A stretch of DNA of 64,000 bases. Source: Tubiluchus corallicola (lineage: Eukaryota > Animalia > Priapulida). A model generated the notes under the pieces. It was not told the DNA's origin. It made no database searches and saw nothing but the letters and a program-made list of their open reading frames with translations. Position 1 is the first letter of the stretch, and the number at the start of each line of letters is the position of its first letter. The stretch covers positions 1 through 64,000 of the forward strand of contig JAQGDQ010000464.1 in NCBI GenBank assembly GCA_030141605.1, in the 5' to 3' direction. The position numbers were made by a program, and so were the translations under genes. Of the stretch, positions 31,004-44,900 are shown piece after piece.

Positions 31004-32809
31004 TGGTTATCGGAACGTCATAGCGCGCTGCTTAACACTTAACACTAGAGTGACTAGATAATTATATTGACCCAGTTTACACTTGGCTGTGAGCTGTTAA
31101 GGCGTCGAATGCTGAGTCACTCTTTTATTAACTTCATTATAGCACATATTTCAAGTGCGTTGATGGTTTCTATTTTTACAGACAGATGATTAATTATACA
31201 CCAATGCCTGTCTGATCGAATGATCAATTACTTCAGAAATAATATTATTGCAGTTGTAAATTGAGAATATTTGCCCTTTGTAACTTACGAATAATTGTGC
31301 TTTCAACCAATTATGTTTGTAATTAGAAAGGTAAACTGTTATAAGATTCAATAGATCAGAATAGGAGCTGCGTCTTATTATACTGCGTCTGCTAATATAG
31401 ATAATGAAACTTGTTTAGGTAATCCGCTAATTAACTTTTTTGTGGTTTTAACGATGTTATAAAAGCAAATATTAGAGAAGTCTGACAAATTACATTGTAG
31501 GCCGGAAAACAATTAATATTAGCAATGTAGTATATTTCTGCAGTTCTGTTAAATATCTCATTGAAAGTGTAAATAGACCAGCAAGTTTTCCTGTCTGATT
31601 CTTACTGGATGTTGCACAAATTTGGGAGACGTATCTGACTCACGGTTCGTGTGAATCTAATCAATCTCCCGATTACACTTAGAATATCAGTTGTTGTAAC
31701 ACACCACAATCAGTTTCTGAATCCTCTTATGTAAATGTTATATAACAAACAAGTGCATCTTAGAAAAAGTTTGCATAATTATATTTTATATAGTTTGCAA
31801 AATTAATACATAAAACATAAAAAATACATGAACCTCAAGCAGCTGCGGAGCCTGCATCAATATTAGCACTATGCAAATACAACTAAGCAAATATGCAATA
31901 TGCAAATACAATATGTTATGCAATACAAACGCAATGCACTATGCAAATGCGTAACTAAAGCGTGTACTTAACAAAAACTATCTACTTATTACTAATACAG
32001 TACAAGCAATTGCAGTTGTACCTTATATATAAAGAACCGTAATGAAAATTAGCGGTACTGAACTATCAGCCTGGGATGTTTTAGTATGTCTCAGTTAACT
32101 GCTCTCTTAAGTTTGGTGTGAAACATATGACGAAAAGTTTTATTAATTTTTTTTCGTCTAACTTACATAAACAAGAATAGATTTAACATAGTCTTACCTA
32201 TCCTCAACTAGTCCAGAACGCGAAGCATTGTGTTGTTTGCTTAACGAGTTTATTCAGTAGAAGTGTCTGTATATGTCACTTAAAGCATCCGTTGTTGTTG
32301 TCATAGAATCCGTTTTTTCGCGAATGTGTCGCTTAAACGCTGTACATCGTTGCCATAGAATCCAATTTATCATAAACATTTAGAATAGGCAGCAACTCTA
32401 TTGTTATGCCACAATATAAAAACTGGTTAAAAACTTATTACATGAACGGCATCGCGGCGAAATAGACAACACTATAATGTTACTACGCAAAGAGGTAGCC
32501 CAAAATGAGGAAGATTATGAGGTGAAGACATTCTCATCAAGGAGTCCATAATTTTTCCAGGTTTTACCATATACGTGCAAAATCTTGCTGAGGCAGAAAA
32601 TCGAATAAGTTTTTTCAGTACTGCTGCTGTTGCCGTTACCGTTGTTGTTGCTGTGTTTCCTGGTGAAAATTCCGCTGTTCATGATGTCGCTGTTATCACA
32701 GAAAAAGGTGATTACAGAGAAGAAAAATAGTTCATGAATAAATTCCCAATTTTTGCATAATTAAAAAAACACAAAATATTTGTGCAGAACTAAAATACAA
32801 TGATTAGTT

Positions 32810-32937
32810 TTACAAACATTGTGTACAAAAAGCTGTCTGAGTCTTCATAAAATCTCTACATGGACATATTCTTGTTACGTCTGGCTCTTCACCCACACAG
32901 CTAAATAACAAACTTCTTCCCTGCAGTTCACACTGAC
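32810..32937 (-). CDS. MGAT5: MGAT5-like last exon (GQCELQGRSLLFSC...RICPCRDFMKTQTAFCTQCL*)
   Basis: Acceptor GATTTAG; matches the Cys-rich GnT-V C-terminus. Confidence 0.9.
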
Positions 32938-35900
32938 CTAAATCAAAAATAAAATGGAATGTCGGCTCTTTAATAATAATTAGTAATAACATACAAACAT
33001 TTGCTTGAAATACGGAGTGATATATCTGTTTGATTCAGATAAATTGTAATGATTAGTTTTATCATTGCATTTGAGTCTTTTTACTTATTCATTTATTTAC
33101 TTGCTCGCTCACTCAGTCAATCACTCACTCACTCATTTATTTATTTATTTATTTTTTCTGGGCCATGTATTTGACCCATTGCTCAAGCTGGGTTCAATCA
33201 CAGTTGTTGCTGCACTGTAAAGACAAAGGGTTTTTCAATAAGTGTACTACTCAATAAACACAATTCATTTCAAATTATGTTTGCTACACAAATAGATACT
33301 CATGTTTTGAGCAGAATATCCTTCAGTCTTACCTTGTGTGACAGAGGGGTGGATTAATTCCATATCCATAGTAGCATCATTGCACTTTATACCTAATTTT
33401 GCGAAGTTTTCTAATGAGTTCAGCAGGGGAAAGAATGATGGCTCACAAATTAGATCTATAAAAGAAGAGTTGTCATAAGTTGAATCTACAGACATTGAGT
33501 AGGATTGAAAAAATAAGATTTATTAAACAAATTTATGTTAATAAATATTAATTCAATTATTTTTTTAGAAAGACAATTAAAATATATAGGCTTGGTAAAT
33601 ATGTAACTTCGTTATGCGGGAATTTTGCCTAGCAACAGCGACCGTTAAGTCAGCTAGGTCATCACAACAACGGACTCTCAAGGAAGCTCCCTGCCGATTA
33701 CCATGGTAACCATCGCTATAGCAACGATTGAAAAGGAAGTTCGCAACTGATTACCATGGCAATAATCACCATAGCAACAGATTGGGAAGGAAATTCCCCA
33801 CTGGTCACCACAGCAACGAGCTGATCAGCATAGTAACAGACTGGGAAGTCAACAATAAAAATAGATCTGATGTTACCTGTCAGCTGGTTACCATGACAAT
33901 CAGACAGGATATATAAGGATGTGCATAGCAAGGTTAGGACTTGTTCCCACTGGATGCTACCATGTGCTAAACTCTCTGTGCTACTCGGTGTTATTGATAT
34001 TACTGTGCTTGTTTCGATATTTGTTATTTCCTTTTCATTTTTTAATCTTTGTCGTCATCATCACAATCATCATCGCGGGATGTCATCGTGTTCACTATGT
34101 AACCGTGCTACTATGTAACTGCGTGCGAGTTGTAAGATATTTCTTGCTGATGCGCCTGCGCAAAAGTTACCGTATATCAGGAAAAGCGTTGGAAATGTGG
34201 CAGTTGGGGTTGTGCCATGGCAGAGGACGGAATAGCAGAAAATGTGCTTTACGGAGCTCTAACTACATACAAGAGTTAATATTTGTGCGTTTTAGGAACT
34301 GAACTGTTGTTTACCTACTGCATCAGTTCAGTAACCTCAACTGTTTTACGTGGACTTTACTTAATTATACATTAGTCTGTGTGTACAGTGATTTACTACC
34401 AAGATCTTGCTTGGAAACAAGAAAAATGAACTAAGTAAGGTTCTAGCAAGCTGTTAAAACTGTTACTATTACAATAGAATAGGCTGCGAGGCATTGTGAA
34501 GTGTACACAAAAGCGTTGTCTGGTTCAACCTTTTCACGATCATCATCAATCGCTGGAACTGTGAAAAAGCTTATTAACAATTATTATTTTCTGACACCGT
34601 AGCAAAGAACTTCTGAATTTTGCACCTGCTTTATATGAATTTGCTTCATAGTAATTCATTCTTAGATCTACAAATTAAATTATTAATTTTAATCAAAGCA
34701 TTTTTAAATCGTTACTTTCATTATTGCACGCATCTCGGCAGCTCTGCCCTGGTGTTGATATAACAACTTTCATGGCATCCCTAGGCGGCCATGTTCCTGC
34801 TTTGTTTTTGCAGAAATCCTGTTTTTCTATGAGAACGTTTACTCGTTGTAGCATCCCTTCTGCTTGAAATTCGTACGGTAGATAAGGAGGAACCTATTTT
34901 TTAAAGAAAGATACTGTTAAAGCATAACAGGACGATTCTTCATATCCTACCCCATTTTGAAGTAGGGTAAAATGCATGAATTTTAACACATATAATCATG
35001 ACAAATCATTTCTAATAATTAGTTAATAGGTTAGAAACCTGGAGGTGAGTCAACGACATTTACCATTTGGTGAAAACACTTTAAGTAATTAATAATTTTC
35101 TTTTCTAGTTACACAAATCCTTCAAACAGGTAAGTGTAATGCTTGGTAGTGTAACTTTATATGTAAAGTTTTTTGAGACATACTTTAAAATTCCCTTTTC
35201 TTCCCCTTTTAAGAGACCCCAATAATGAAAAGATTAATGCAAAAGATTAATGTTATTGGTGGATTTTGGTTTATCACAGTTTATAATGTATAGGTAAAAT
35301 AATAGTGACTATGATATTGTAACGAATCCGGGGTCCCAGCGCGGATGCGTCTCAGGGTGTATAGAGCAGCATACAAGTTATGAAATATCACAGCATACGA
35401 GAAAAGTTAGAAGATCCGGAATACGAGTGTAAAATAAAGTTTATTACATAACTAGTATCTCCAAAAGAATGACATGTGAACAGACTTTTGTATAAAAATT
35501 AGCAAGTCTACAGCATTCACCTTTACAGACAGAAAGGCCAGGTTGGAATCGTCAAATTACGGCATGCATTCTGTTTTATACAAGTACATTTGCTGAGCTT
35601 CTCAACCATACCCATTACTATCATTAGGGGGTTAGTCAAAATCCGTCTTCGTAACAATATTATCAACATCATGATTTTACCTTTGATTTTATAGCCTCTC
35701 TAATAGCAGCCCGTAGTTCAGTAACGTTATTGACGTCAATGGTGTAGACGTAAGGCTTGCCAATGTTCTTTTCTGCGTATGTATTCTGACTAGTCACCTA
35801 AAATGAGATATTACAGCAGATAAAGCAGCGTAAGTGCAAATAATTTAGCACTTTCTAGTGAATTAAATGAGTGAAATGAAAACAAATGTAAGATTTCAGT

Positions 35901-38900
35901 CTTAAATTGAACAACTCAATTACTTCTTTCTTATTTAACGAACAACAGCTTCTGCATTAAATGTAATCTCTCTTTTAACAGACTGGCGATTTTGTGTTTT
36001 ATTAATGCAACGTCAATGGCTATATTCGTCAAAAATGAAAAGTAACGCGCACATATAAATTTGTTTTATATAATTACGTATATTTTCGGATTTTAAAGTG
36101 GTTAGTAGAACTTTACTAGTAGTACAAACAGGTCTGACATTACACTGACTAACATTATTAACTGTACTTTGTATAGGAAAGATACGGCAAGTATATCTTA
36201 TCTCAGATATGATTATACAGTATAAAACTCGCAAAGTAACTGCAGCTAACTGGACGACTGGCAACTAAGTTCACTGTGTAACGAACTTTGTTGCTGAATA
36301 AGATTTCGAGAAATTTTCTAAATCTTTTCTGATTTTCTGATAGCAATTCCGTGTGTCATTTTTCCTTGAGTCCTCACTGTGAAACGGGTCTTAGAGCTAA
36401 GTCATTTATTTGTAGCGTGTGTTGTTATATTGGTTAAGAGACGCTTATAACAGACTACGGCAAATGTTGTCTGTTGTCTCAGCGACTGTAAATAATCGTC
36501 TTTGTCCTTTTGATTGCTCGTTTAATAAATAGCATAACTTGACTATTTAGCTGCATTTAAATCACACAGATAAAGACGTGACACCAGCAACCGATAAGAT
36601 AGAAGGTAAATGCCCGAGCGTTTGATAGCCGCTGGTCTCGAAAGATTGTAACCACTGCACGTAAGATGCCTGCAGGATATCTGTAAGAAAACTTAGCATA
36701 GGTTATGAAAAGCTAAAACAGAAATGTATCCTATAGTCCTTGTCGTATGATGGATAGTTAATCACAATGTTACAATGTATAAGGTGGCTCAAAAACACGT
36801 GCCGAAGTTTTGGTCACGCCATTATAAGAACAAAATAACGGAATTGCCTAAAATTAACCACACTGATGTCGCAGACGATTAAGTACAAAGAACAGAAATT
36901 ATAGTTCATTTACATTTCCCATAGATACAGAAGTTTGAAAACAACATGTCAAATCGTGTCACTATTGTCAAAATTTAGACAAAATTTAGGCAAATGCTCT
37001 AGATGTCCATTATTTTCAATACAACCCAGACTATGGCGTTTCTTCCAAGAGCTCATGCAGCTCCTCTCTCCTTTAAGGGGTATTTGGTCTCAGCACTCAA
37101 TAGTTTTTGCCTTTAGTTCCTCTAAATCAAACGGCTCTACGCCGCTGTCATGCACTTTCTATTGAAGGGAATTCCAGGTAGATGATAGTCCAGACGATAA
37201 GGACTGATATTCATTTTTCAACTGTCCTTTGTCTTTTATAGTGAAGACCATATTGTAGCCTTTTCTATTGACATCTTTATTGTTTTGCTGCCATCTTTTG
37301 AGTGTTTTACAATTCAACGTGACTGTTTTCCAATTTATAATTAGTTGTAATTGTTCCGGCATTTAAATTTTTAATACGCAAAATCCTTTTGGTCGTAACT
37401 TAAAAACTACTAAAGCTATAAACTTGTAACTTGCACAGCTAAAGCTTTATTTATTTTAATATCACGCTGTGGAATATAAAGGAAGACTGGGTGATTTTTC
37501 ATATACTACGCGGTCCTAATGATATTTTCATGATTTTCAAGTTCAGACAAGTTTTAAGATAAAAATCCAAATTTCAAATCGATCGCTGTACTCACGCATA
37601 AGCTGTCGAATGTGTGCAGTTCGTCACAAACTAACACGTCTGAACTGACAGTACAGCACGTGCTTTTGTGTTTCCGAAATGCTAGTGCTAGTGCCCGTCT
37701 AACTAGTGAATGGGGAAATGTAACAGAAAAGAACTATTGGCGCGAACGGGAAATAGTGTTTGTGTGGTAATAATTCTTTAAGTCATTTTTGAAAAAATAG
37801 TATGTTTCCTTTCAATATTTTAAAGAGTAGATTGTTTGACGTGCAGTTTTCCTTTAAATTTTATAGGGTAGCTGCTTCTAGTAGTATTGTAGTCTAAACT
37901 TCGGCACATTTTTTCTGCACCACCTGATATATAGAAACATGGCCTATTTATAGATAAATTGCTTCTTTAGTAATTAAAGCGTAGCTCTAATTCTCTAAAA
38001 ATAAAAAAATGTAGTAAAAATACATGATACGTACATTTCGCATAGTCGGTTTGCCTTCAAAATAGTCGCTATTTTCTCTATTTCGGGGCGGATCAAATTT
38101 TGGGTTGATGAATATGCAGCCGTACGAAATCGCCTCCAGAGGTGCAGGACCTTCGTAATTTGTTCCTAATCCTATTAATACCTAGAGCATGAAATATGAA
38201 AAAATACGCTAAGAAAAGTTGTCACCCCAAAAAGCAAAAGACCTTCAAAACAAACTATGATTTCAAACTATCGTGTGGTGCAACTATCGTGTGGTGCAAA
38301 CACCGTGTGGTGCAACACTATAATTGTGGAGCACAACATTGCTTCAACTGCAATCTTTACAATGAGTGATAGATCACGTTTAAAATGATCGATGACGTTT
38401 TCTTAATATATAATTTGTATAATAATATAATATAATATATAATGTACTTTATACTGTGAACTATAGACTTATACTATATATATATAGTATAATCTCAAGA
38501 TAAGTAACTTAGCAAATCTTAATAAAATCTAAATAACTGTGTAAATTTTATGTTTGCATTATTTAGTAAATGGTNNNNNNNNNNNNNNNNNNNNNNNNNN
38601 NNNNNNNNNNNNNNNNNNNNNNNNNNNNNNNNNNNNNNNNNNNNNNNNNNNNNNNNNNNNNNNNNNNNNNNNNNNNNNNNNNNNNNNNNNNNNNNNNNNN
38701 NNNNNNNNNNNNNNNNNNNNNNNNNNNNNNNNNNNNNNNNNNNNNNNNNNNNNNNNNNNNNNNNNNNNNNNNNNNNNNNNNNNNNNNNNNNNNNNNNNNN
38801 NNNNNNNNNNNNNNNNNNNNNNNNNNNNNNNNNNNNNNNNNNNNNNNNNNNNNNNNNNNNNNNNNNNNNNNNNNNNNNNNNNNNNNNNNNNNNNNNNNNN

Positions 38901-41900
38901 NNNNNNNNNNNNNNNNNNNNNNNNNNNNNNNNNNNNNNNNNNNNNNNNNNNNNNNNNNNNNNNNNNNNNNNNNNNNNNNNNNNNNNNNNNNNNNNNNNNN
39001 NNNNNNNNNNNNNNNNNNNNNNNNNNNNNNNNNNNNNNNNNNNNNNNNNNNNNNNNNNNNNNNNNNNNNNNNNNNNNNNNNNNNNNNNNNNNNNNNNNNN
39101 NNNNNNNNNNNNNNNNNNNNNNNNNNNNNNNNNNNNNNNNNNNNNNNNNNNNNNNNNNNNNNNNNNNNNNNNNNNNNNNNNNNNNNNNNNNNNNNNNNNN
39201 NNNNNNNNNNNNNNNNNNNNNNNNNNNNNNNNNNNNNNNNNNNNNNNNNNNNNNNNNNNNNNNNNNNNNNNNNNNNNNNNNNNNNNNNNNNNNNNNNNNN
39301 NNNNNNNNNNNNNNNNNNNNNNNNNNNNNNNNNNNNNNNNNNNNNNNNNNNNNNNNNNNNNNNNNNNNNNNNNNNNNNNNNNNNNNNNNNNNNNNNNNNN
39401 NNNNNNNNNNNNNNNNNNNNNNNNNNNNNNNNNNNNNNNNNNNNNNNNNNNNNNNNNNNNNNNNNNNNACAAAGAGTCCTTGTAAAATCTATCCAAAGTA
39501 AGATTCTTTTAAGATTTAAAAATATCTTACCTTAGTTACTTTATAAAACGTTTCTATAGATTTCACATCAACTACTCCATGATTTAAAACGTAACTAGGT
39601 ATTTCGGTATTATAAGAATACCCAACAGGTGCCCCTACTGTAGCGTGTAACTCAAGATATTCACTCACTACATCTAAATACTTGCGTTTACCCTATAACA
39701 AATACCATAATTATAATTAAACGACTCATAATTAAATACCAGAACAGTTTCAGCGATATGATATACGTTTGTGTTTCTCAAAATACCTAAAATTTATATC
39801 TGAACGACGATACACACGAGTAAAGATGGCTGTAAACTGTATCTGCTTGCTAAAATAAATGTAAGGACTAAAGGTTAAGCTCAGCAGTAAAAATAGGTTC
39901 TTGGTAGCATTTTACTTTACTGGAAACACGTAAATCTGCAAGTATCTTTTCAATCTTATGGACTAGAGCCCGGATATAAGCACATTGGTTACAAACTGAT
40001 ATGAGGAGATGGGATATTAAATTTTACCCAGACAATGTACAACCTGCAGTTGCCCAGGTATTTTTGTGGAATTTGCCGTAATTGCAGTGAAAGAACTATT
40101 TAACTCAAAAGTTATAATTATTATAATTACTATTACTACTGCTACTATTACTACTACTACTGCTACTGCTGCTGCTACTATCACTACTGCTACAGCTACT
40201 ACTACTGCTACTATTACTATTACTACTGCTACAGCTACTACTACTGCTACTATTACTACTGCTACTGCAGGTGGTGGTGGTGGTGGTGCAGCTGCTGCTG
40301 CTGTTACTGCTGCTACTGCTGCTACTGCTACTGCTGCTACTACTACTACTACTGCTACTACTATTGGTGAGGCACAAGACGAGAGTCATACTCTGCATGT
40401 GCTCATCTAGTTACCTAGGTCTTCTGACACCTACCATCACGAATCTATATTTACATTGTAATGATAATTTTAAATAAGTTGAATATGTACTTAAACTTTT
40501 GTTATGATTTCCCTGCCTATATTGTATCTGTAGTCAGATATAAGACAAACTATCTTGCACTATTGTTACATAATACTGGTGCTTGTAATGCTACTTAAAT
40601 TTCAATTTGCCAAGTTCTAAAACGTGCGACCAAATTGTATTTTAGTGACGTCACTGATGTAGTAGTAGAGAACATGCCTTGCTACAGACTAACTTCTTGT
40701 ATTTACATTTGTAATGTTATTTTCTTTGTCAACAAACTACACATATGCATACATACCTCCCACATATGAAGTGTTTTACCATAAACAAGCCCCCTTTTAT
40801 TTCTTCTCTCGTGATTTATGCCAGACAAATCAGGAGCGGCGATTGCGAATCCTAAAAACGTGTTGTCAGGTGCAAAAGCTGTAAGCAAAAAATCAAAAAT
40901 AAAGTATGAGTGCGCTAGTTTTTCTTTCAAGAAATTAAAACTGGAGTTTTAATGATGAACAAGCTTAGCTTAGTAGCTTCTCTGCAGGGAATTTTGTCAA
41001 CATACTAATTCAAAAGTAAGAACCATTTTTTCAGACAAAATATTTTGTCAAAAATTCTTTTTTTCTGGTATATTGCCCTGTTTATTGTTTCTCACTTGGA
41101 GTTTACTAAATTTTTCGTTTTTAATATTAATAGTCTCTTTTACTAATTACATGAGTAACTAATCACTTATAGTTAGGTGGCTTACTAAAAGTCAACTTCT
41201 TGGATTTTCTGTGATTTTACTTGACTTATACTAATGTTATTACAGAATTTTTAAAGCAAAATACTACATAAATATATCGTTAGCTGAGGCGACAATTAAC
41301 ACGTGCAATCAGATTAAAACATATTTTGCTTTAAGATTTGGAAAATCTTGCAAGGTAACATTAATGTTGTCAAAAGTTTTCATTACACCTTTTTGAGTGC
41401 TTTTGCAAGTTACAATTTTTGTTAATAAATGCACGTGTTACGTGTGTCGATGATTTTAGACTGTGTTGGTATTACGTTATGCAATGTATGTGAAATAAAC
41501 TAATTTAACTTCATTGAACTTGAACCAAAAATGTCAAAGAAGCACTAATTCCTAGGCCGAAAGCTTTTAGTTTTGCGTCTGTCCATTATCACGTTAGAAA
41601 TCATAATAAATACTAATGTTGTTTAAGTACCAGCCAGCTGCCTATTAAAAGAAAACCGGACCGAATATTAAACTGTATGTCAAAACAATCTACTCTTGAA
41701 AATATTGAAAGGAAACATGCAATTTTTTCAAGAAAGACTTACGTGAAAGAAATGTTACCACACAAAAACAATTACACGTTCACACCACTAGTTCATCCCT
41801 GTTACATGCGTTTCGCCATTCACTAGTTAGACGGGCACTAGCGCCTGCATTGCGGAAACGCATTGCACAAAAAACAGGTGCTGTACCTCTCCGTTCAGAT

Positions 41901-44900
41901 GTGTTCGTTTCTGACGTACTGCACACGTTTGTCAGCTCATGCGTGAGGACAGCGGTAAATTTGAAATTTGAATTTTTATCTTAAAACTTGTCTCTGTCTT
42001 TAATACAACACACTGTACTACAAACACGTGCAACAGGCTCATGGAGCATGTTTGATGTTGAAAAATGTGTTAGTTTGTGATGTCATCAATAGTTGACTTC
42101 GCCCGCCGTTAATTAAATTTTTAATCTATTATCAGAAATGCTTTTGCAGTTTTAATTGTGATAAAATGTATACTTTTTATCGGATTTGAAAATGGGGTAG
42201 TATATGAAAAATCGTCCTGTCTTCCTTTAAAGTTGTTATTATAAAACTAGAAGGCTCTCAGTAGTCGGAGTCATTGCTGTACTATTTGAGATACTGACCC
42301 AACAGAGTACAGCAAAACACAAGCAAATCAGAGATCAGAGACACACCAGACGTTCACACACATATGTGTAGTTTCGCCCCTTCTCTTCCCTTCTTTCAAC
42401 CTAAACGATATTACATTAAAGAAGTTTCAAAGAGGGAAATCCGCTAGGAGAGGGAATGGTAGCCCCGGCTACATGCGTGAGATGAAGCAGACGTATATAT
42501 TCCTATATTTTCACGTGGTAACTGTCTAAATTTCGTCTTACACAATGAACTTAAACCACAAGAAAACACTCTTCATAAATAAAGCGTAAGAAACTCGTCC
42601 TGAAATTTTATATCATTTAAATGATGTCTTATTGCGCACAGAACCTGTTTTAGCAGAAACTTTGTGTAAAACTTTTAAATTTAAACTCCCGCGATGACCG
42701 TTTGGCGCAGCCATTTTGAGGGAAAGTCGTTTCAAGTAAGTTTATATAACAATGCATAATGTTTGAAACAATAATCAGAGCAAGAGCACTGGTAGCATAT
42801 TCTTTGACAACTAAGAAAAAACTAAACTACTTTATATGGTCAATAACAACAATGATGAGTTTTTTGGTAAGTGAATACCAGGGTGGTGCACACTGGGATG
42901 GAGATGCAGTGCCATTTTATCAGATGGCGCGAATATTTTAAATTATTAAGAATTTTCTCTTCTATTTACACAAGTCTTTCTAACAGATAAGCGTAATGCA
43001 AGGCTCTATAACTTTGCGTGGGAAGTTTTTAGGGACGTACTTTAAAATAGCTCTTTCTTCCCCTTTAGACAAATGAGTGCCAGCCATAATATGTTAAACA
43101 AATGCAAGCAGTGCATGTTTACACTGACAAATAATAAATAAAAAGCAGCTAAGCTCGTGCTTGAGTGATTCACATCAAATGGTACGTCTACACGCTGCAA
43201 TACGTACGGTACATTGTATAATACTGCAGTGGTTTTATATTATGTCCGCCCCAGACTGATTTATACGGATGCGAGTCCAGATATTCCTTGGAGTTGAATT
43301 GAGGATCAGCGCCGTAGATAGCTAGAATTCTCAATTTGCAGCTGTAAAAATAACATATTTAAACGAAGCAGCGTAAACAATCCTTAAAAAACCGGACAAT
43401 TGTCTAGACTCAATCTCATTTTAATTTGCTGTCCAAAATATACATTTTTTGCTTATAAAAGTTAGCAGTTGCTTCTAATATTTGAATAATTACCTTGGAA
43501 AGTTAATTAATCGCAGCCGAACACAGCAATCGCTTACGTCACAAACTAACCACAGTTTGTGCAATGGTGAGCGTACCCCTGAGCGTCAAACACGTTTGCG
43601 TAAGTGAAGATTGCTATAAGACGCTGATGTGATGTTACGAAAATGAGCTCCACGTCACAGTGACGTCACAAACGAAGACTGCAGTTCATGATCATGCTCA
43701 TCATGATCCCGCCTCTATTTGGCGGCCATGCGATGATGCGAATGTGACAAAAAAGCCACCATTGACAGTCTTATTGGATTCGCTTAGCCGTGCGTAGCTT
43801 TGAAAGTTTAGCAAAATTTAACTATCCGAGGTAATCATTATTTAATTTAAGCTTTGATTTAAAATAGTTTTCAATATTTTTGAGCATACTTATTTTGAAT
43901 TAACGTCTGGTTTTGCTTTAATGAGTTCAGATTTGTCACGATTTTCTTACTTTTTGTGACATTATTACGCAATTAGACGTATCATAAACAAAACTGCAAT
44001 TCGATTTCAGTCACTCCAATTCGATTCCATCGTGAAAAGCGAAAAAGGGGCTCCGAATATTATCAATAACAAACTTAAAACCAATGTTTTCATATTTTTT
44101 GCTATGTCTGCACACTAACCAATTCACCATTATTGATATTTTGGAAATTATGTATGTGCAAGTGATATTATAGGAATAAAATGTCTTACTATGTTGAAAA
44201 ATGATACTCACGAGATACTGGACAACTGTTCCTTCAGTAAGGCCTCAATGTGCTCCATCCCGATTATATCACTATAGATAAGATCCCAAGAGCGTGGTGT
44301 ACGAGATGTTTGATTGGTGAACAGTAATCTGAACAAATGTAGTACAATGAAGCGAAATTTTGTTCTAGTCTGCAAGAAGCTGATAGTAAGAAATTCCTGT
44401 ATGAAAATTTAGTTATATTGCACTCGCTACCCCTGTTGTGAATTTTAACTTTTCATTATCGTTAACGAATATTAAATATTAATCGTTAACGAAATTGCTA
44501 ATGATACCTGCTATATCAGAATAAACAATCTAACACAGAGACCTATTATACTGTCCCCAAGATTATCTTCAATAATGAGCAAAGGAGCAACATAGCGATT
44601 GTTAGCCCTCTGTGACTCCTAACTAGTCTGAATAGGCGTTTGGACAGAAAAATTACTATAGATCTATGAAAGAAGCCTAATTCAGCTAATTTACATGGCC
44701 AGTTGGGCATAACACAAGCTATTCTATAGACTTGAAAGACAATTACATGGGTCATTGATTACGATTCAAACATACCTTTCAAGAACCAGTTTGCAAGGCA
44801 GATCCATGCAAACGGGGTGAAAAAACACTTTAACTCGAGATATGCCATACTGGCGCAGTTCTCGACATTTAGGCCACTAGCAATCTCGTTATGAGAATTC

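Noticed and set aside
31644-31715. GRLIRFTR resembling a voltage-sensor S4 helix
   Set aside because: An in-frame stop lies just after the nearest acceptor and no other channel segments are present.
38519-39535. Poly-X ORFs
   Set aside because: Assembly gap artefact.
40066-40410. Thr/Ala/Gly mucin- or antifreeze-like ORF
   Set aside because: Intronic trinucleotide repeat with no ATG start, signal peptide or convincing splice pair, unlike the poly-Glu exon.
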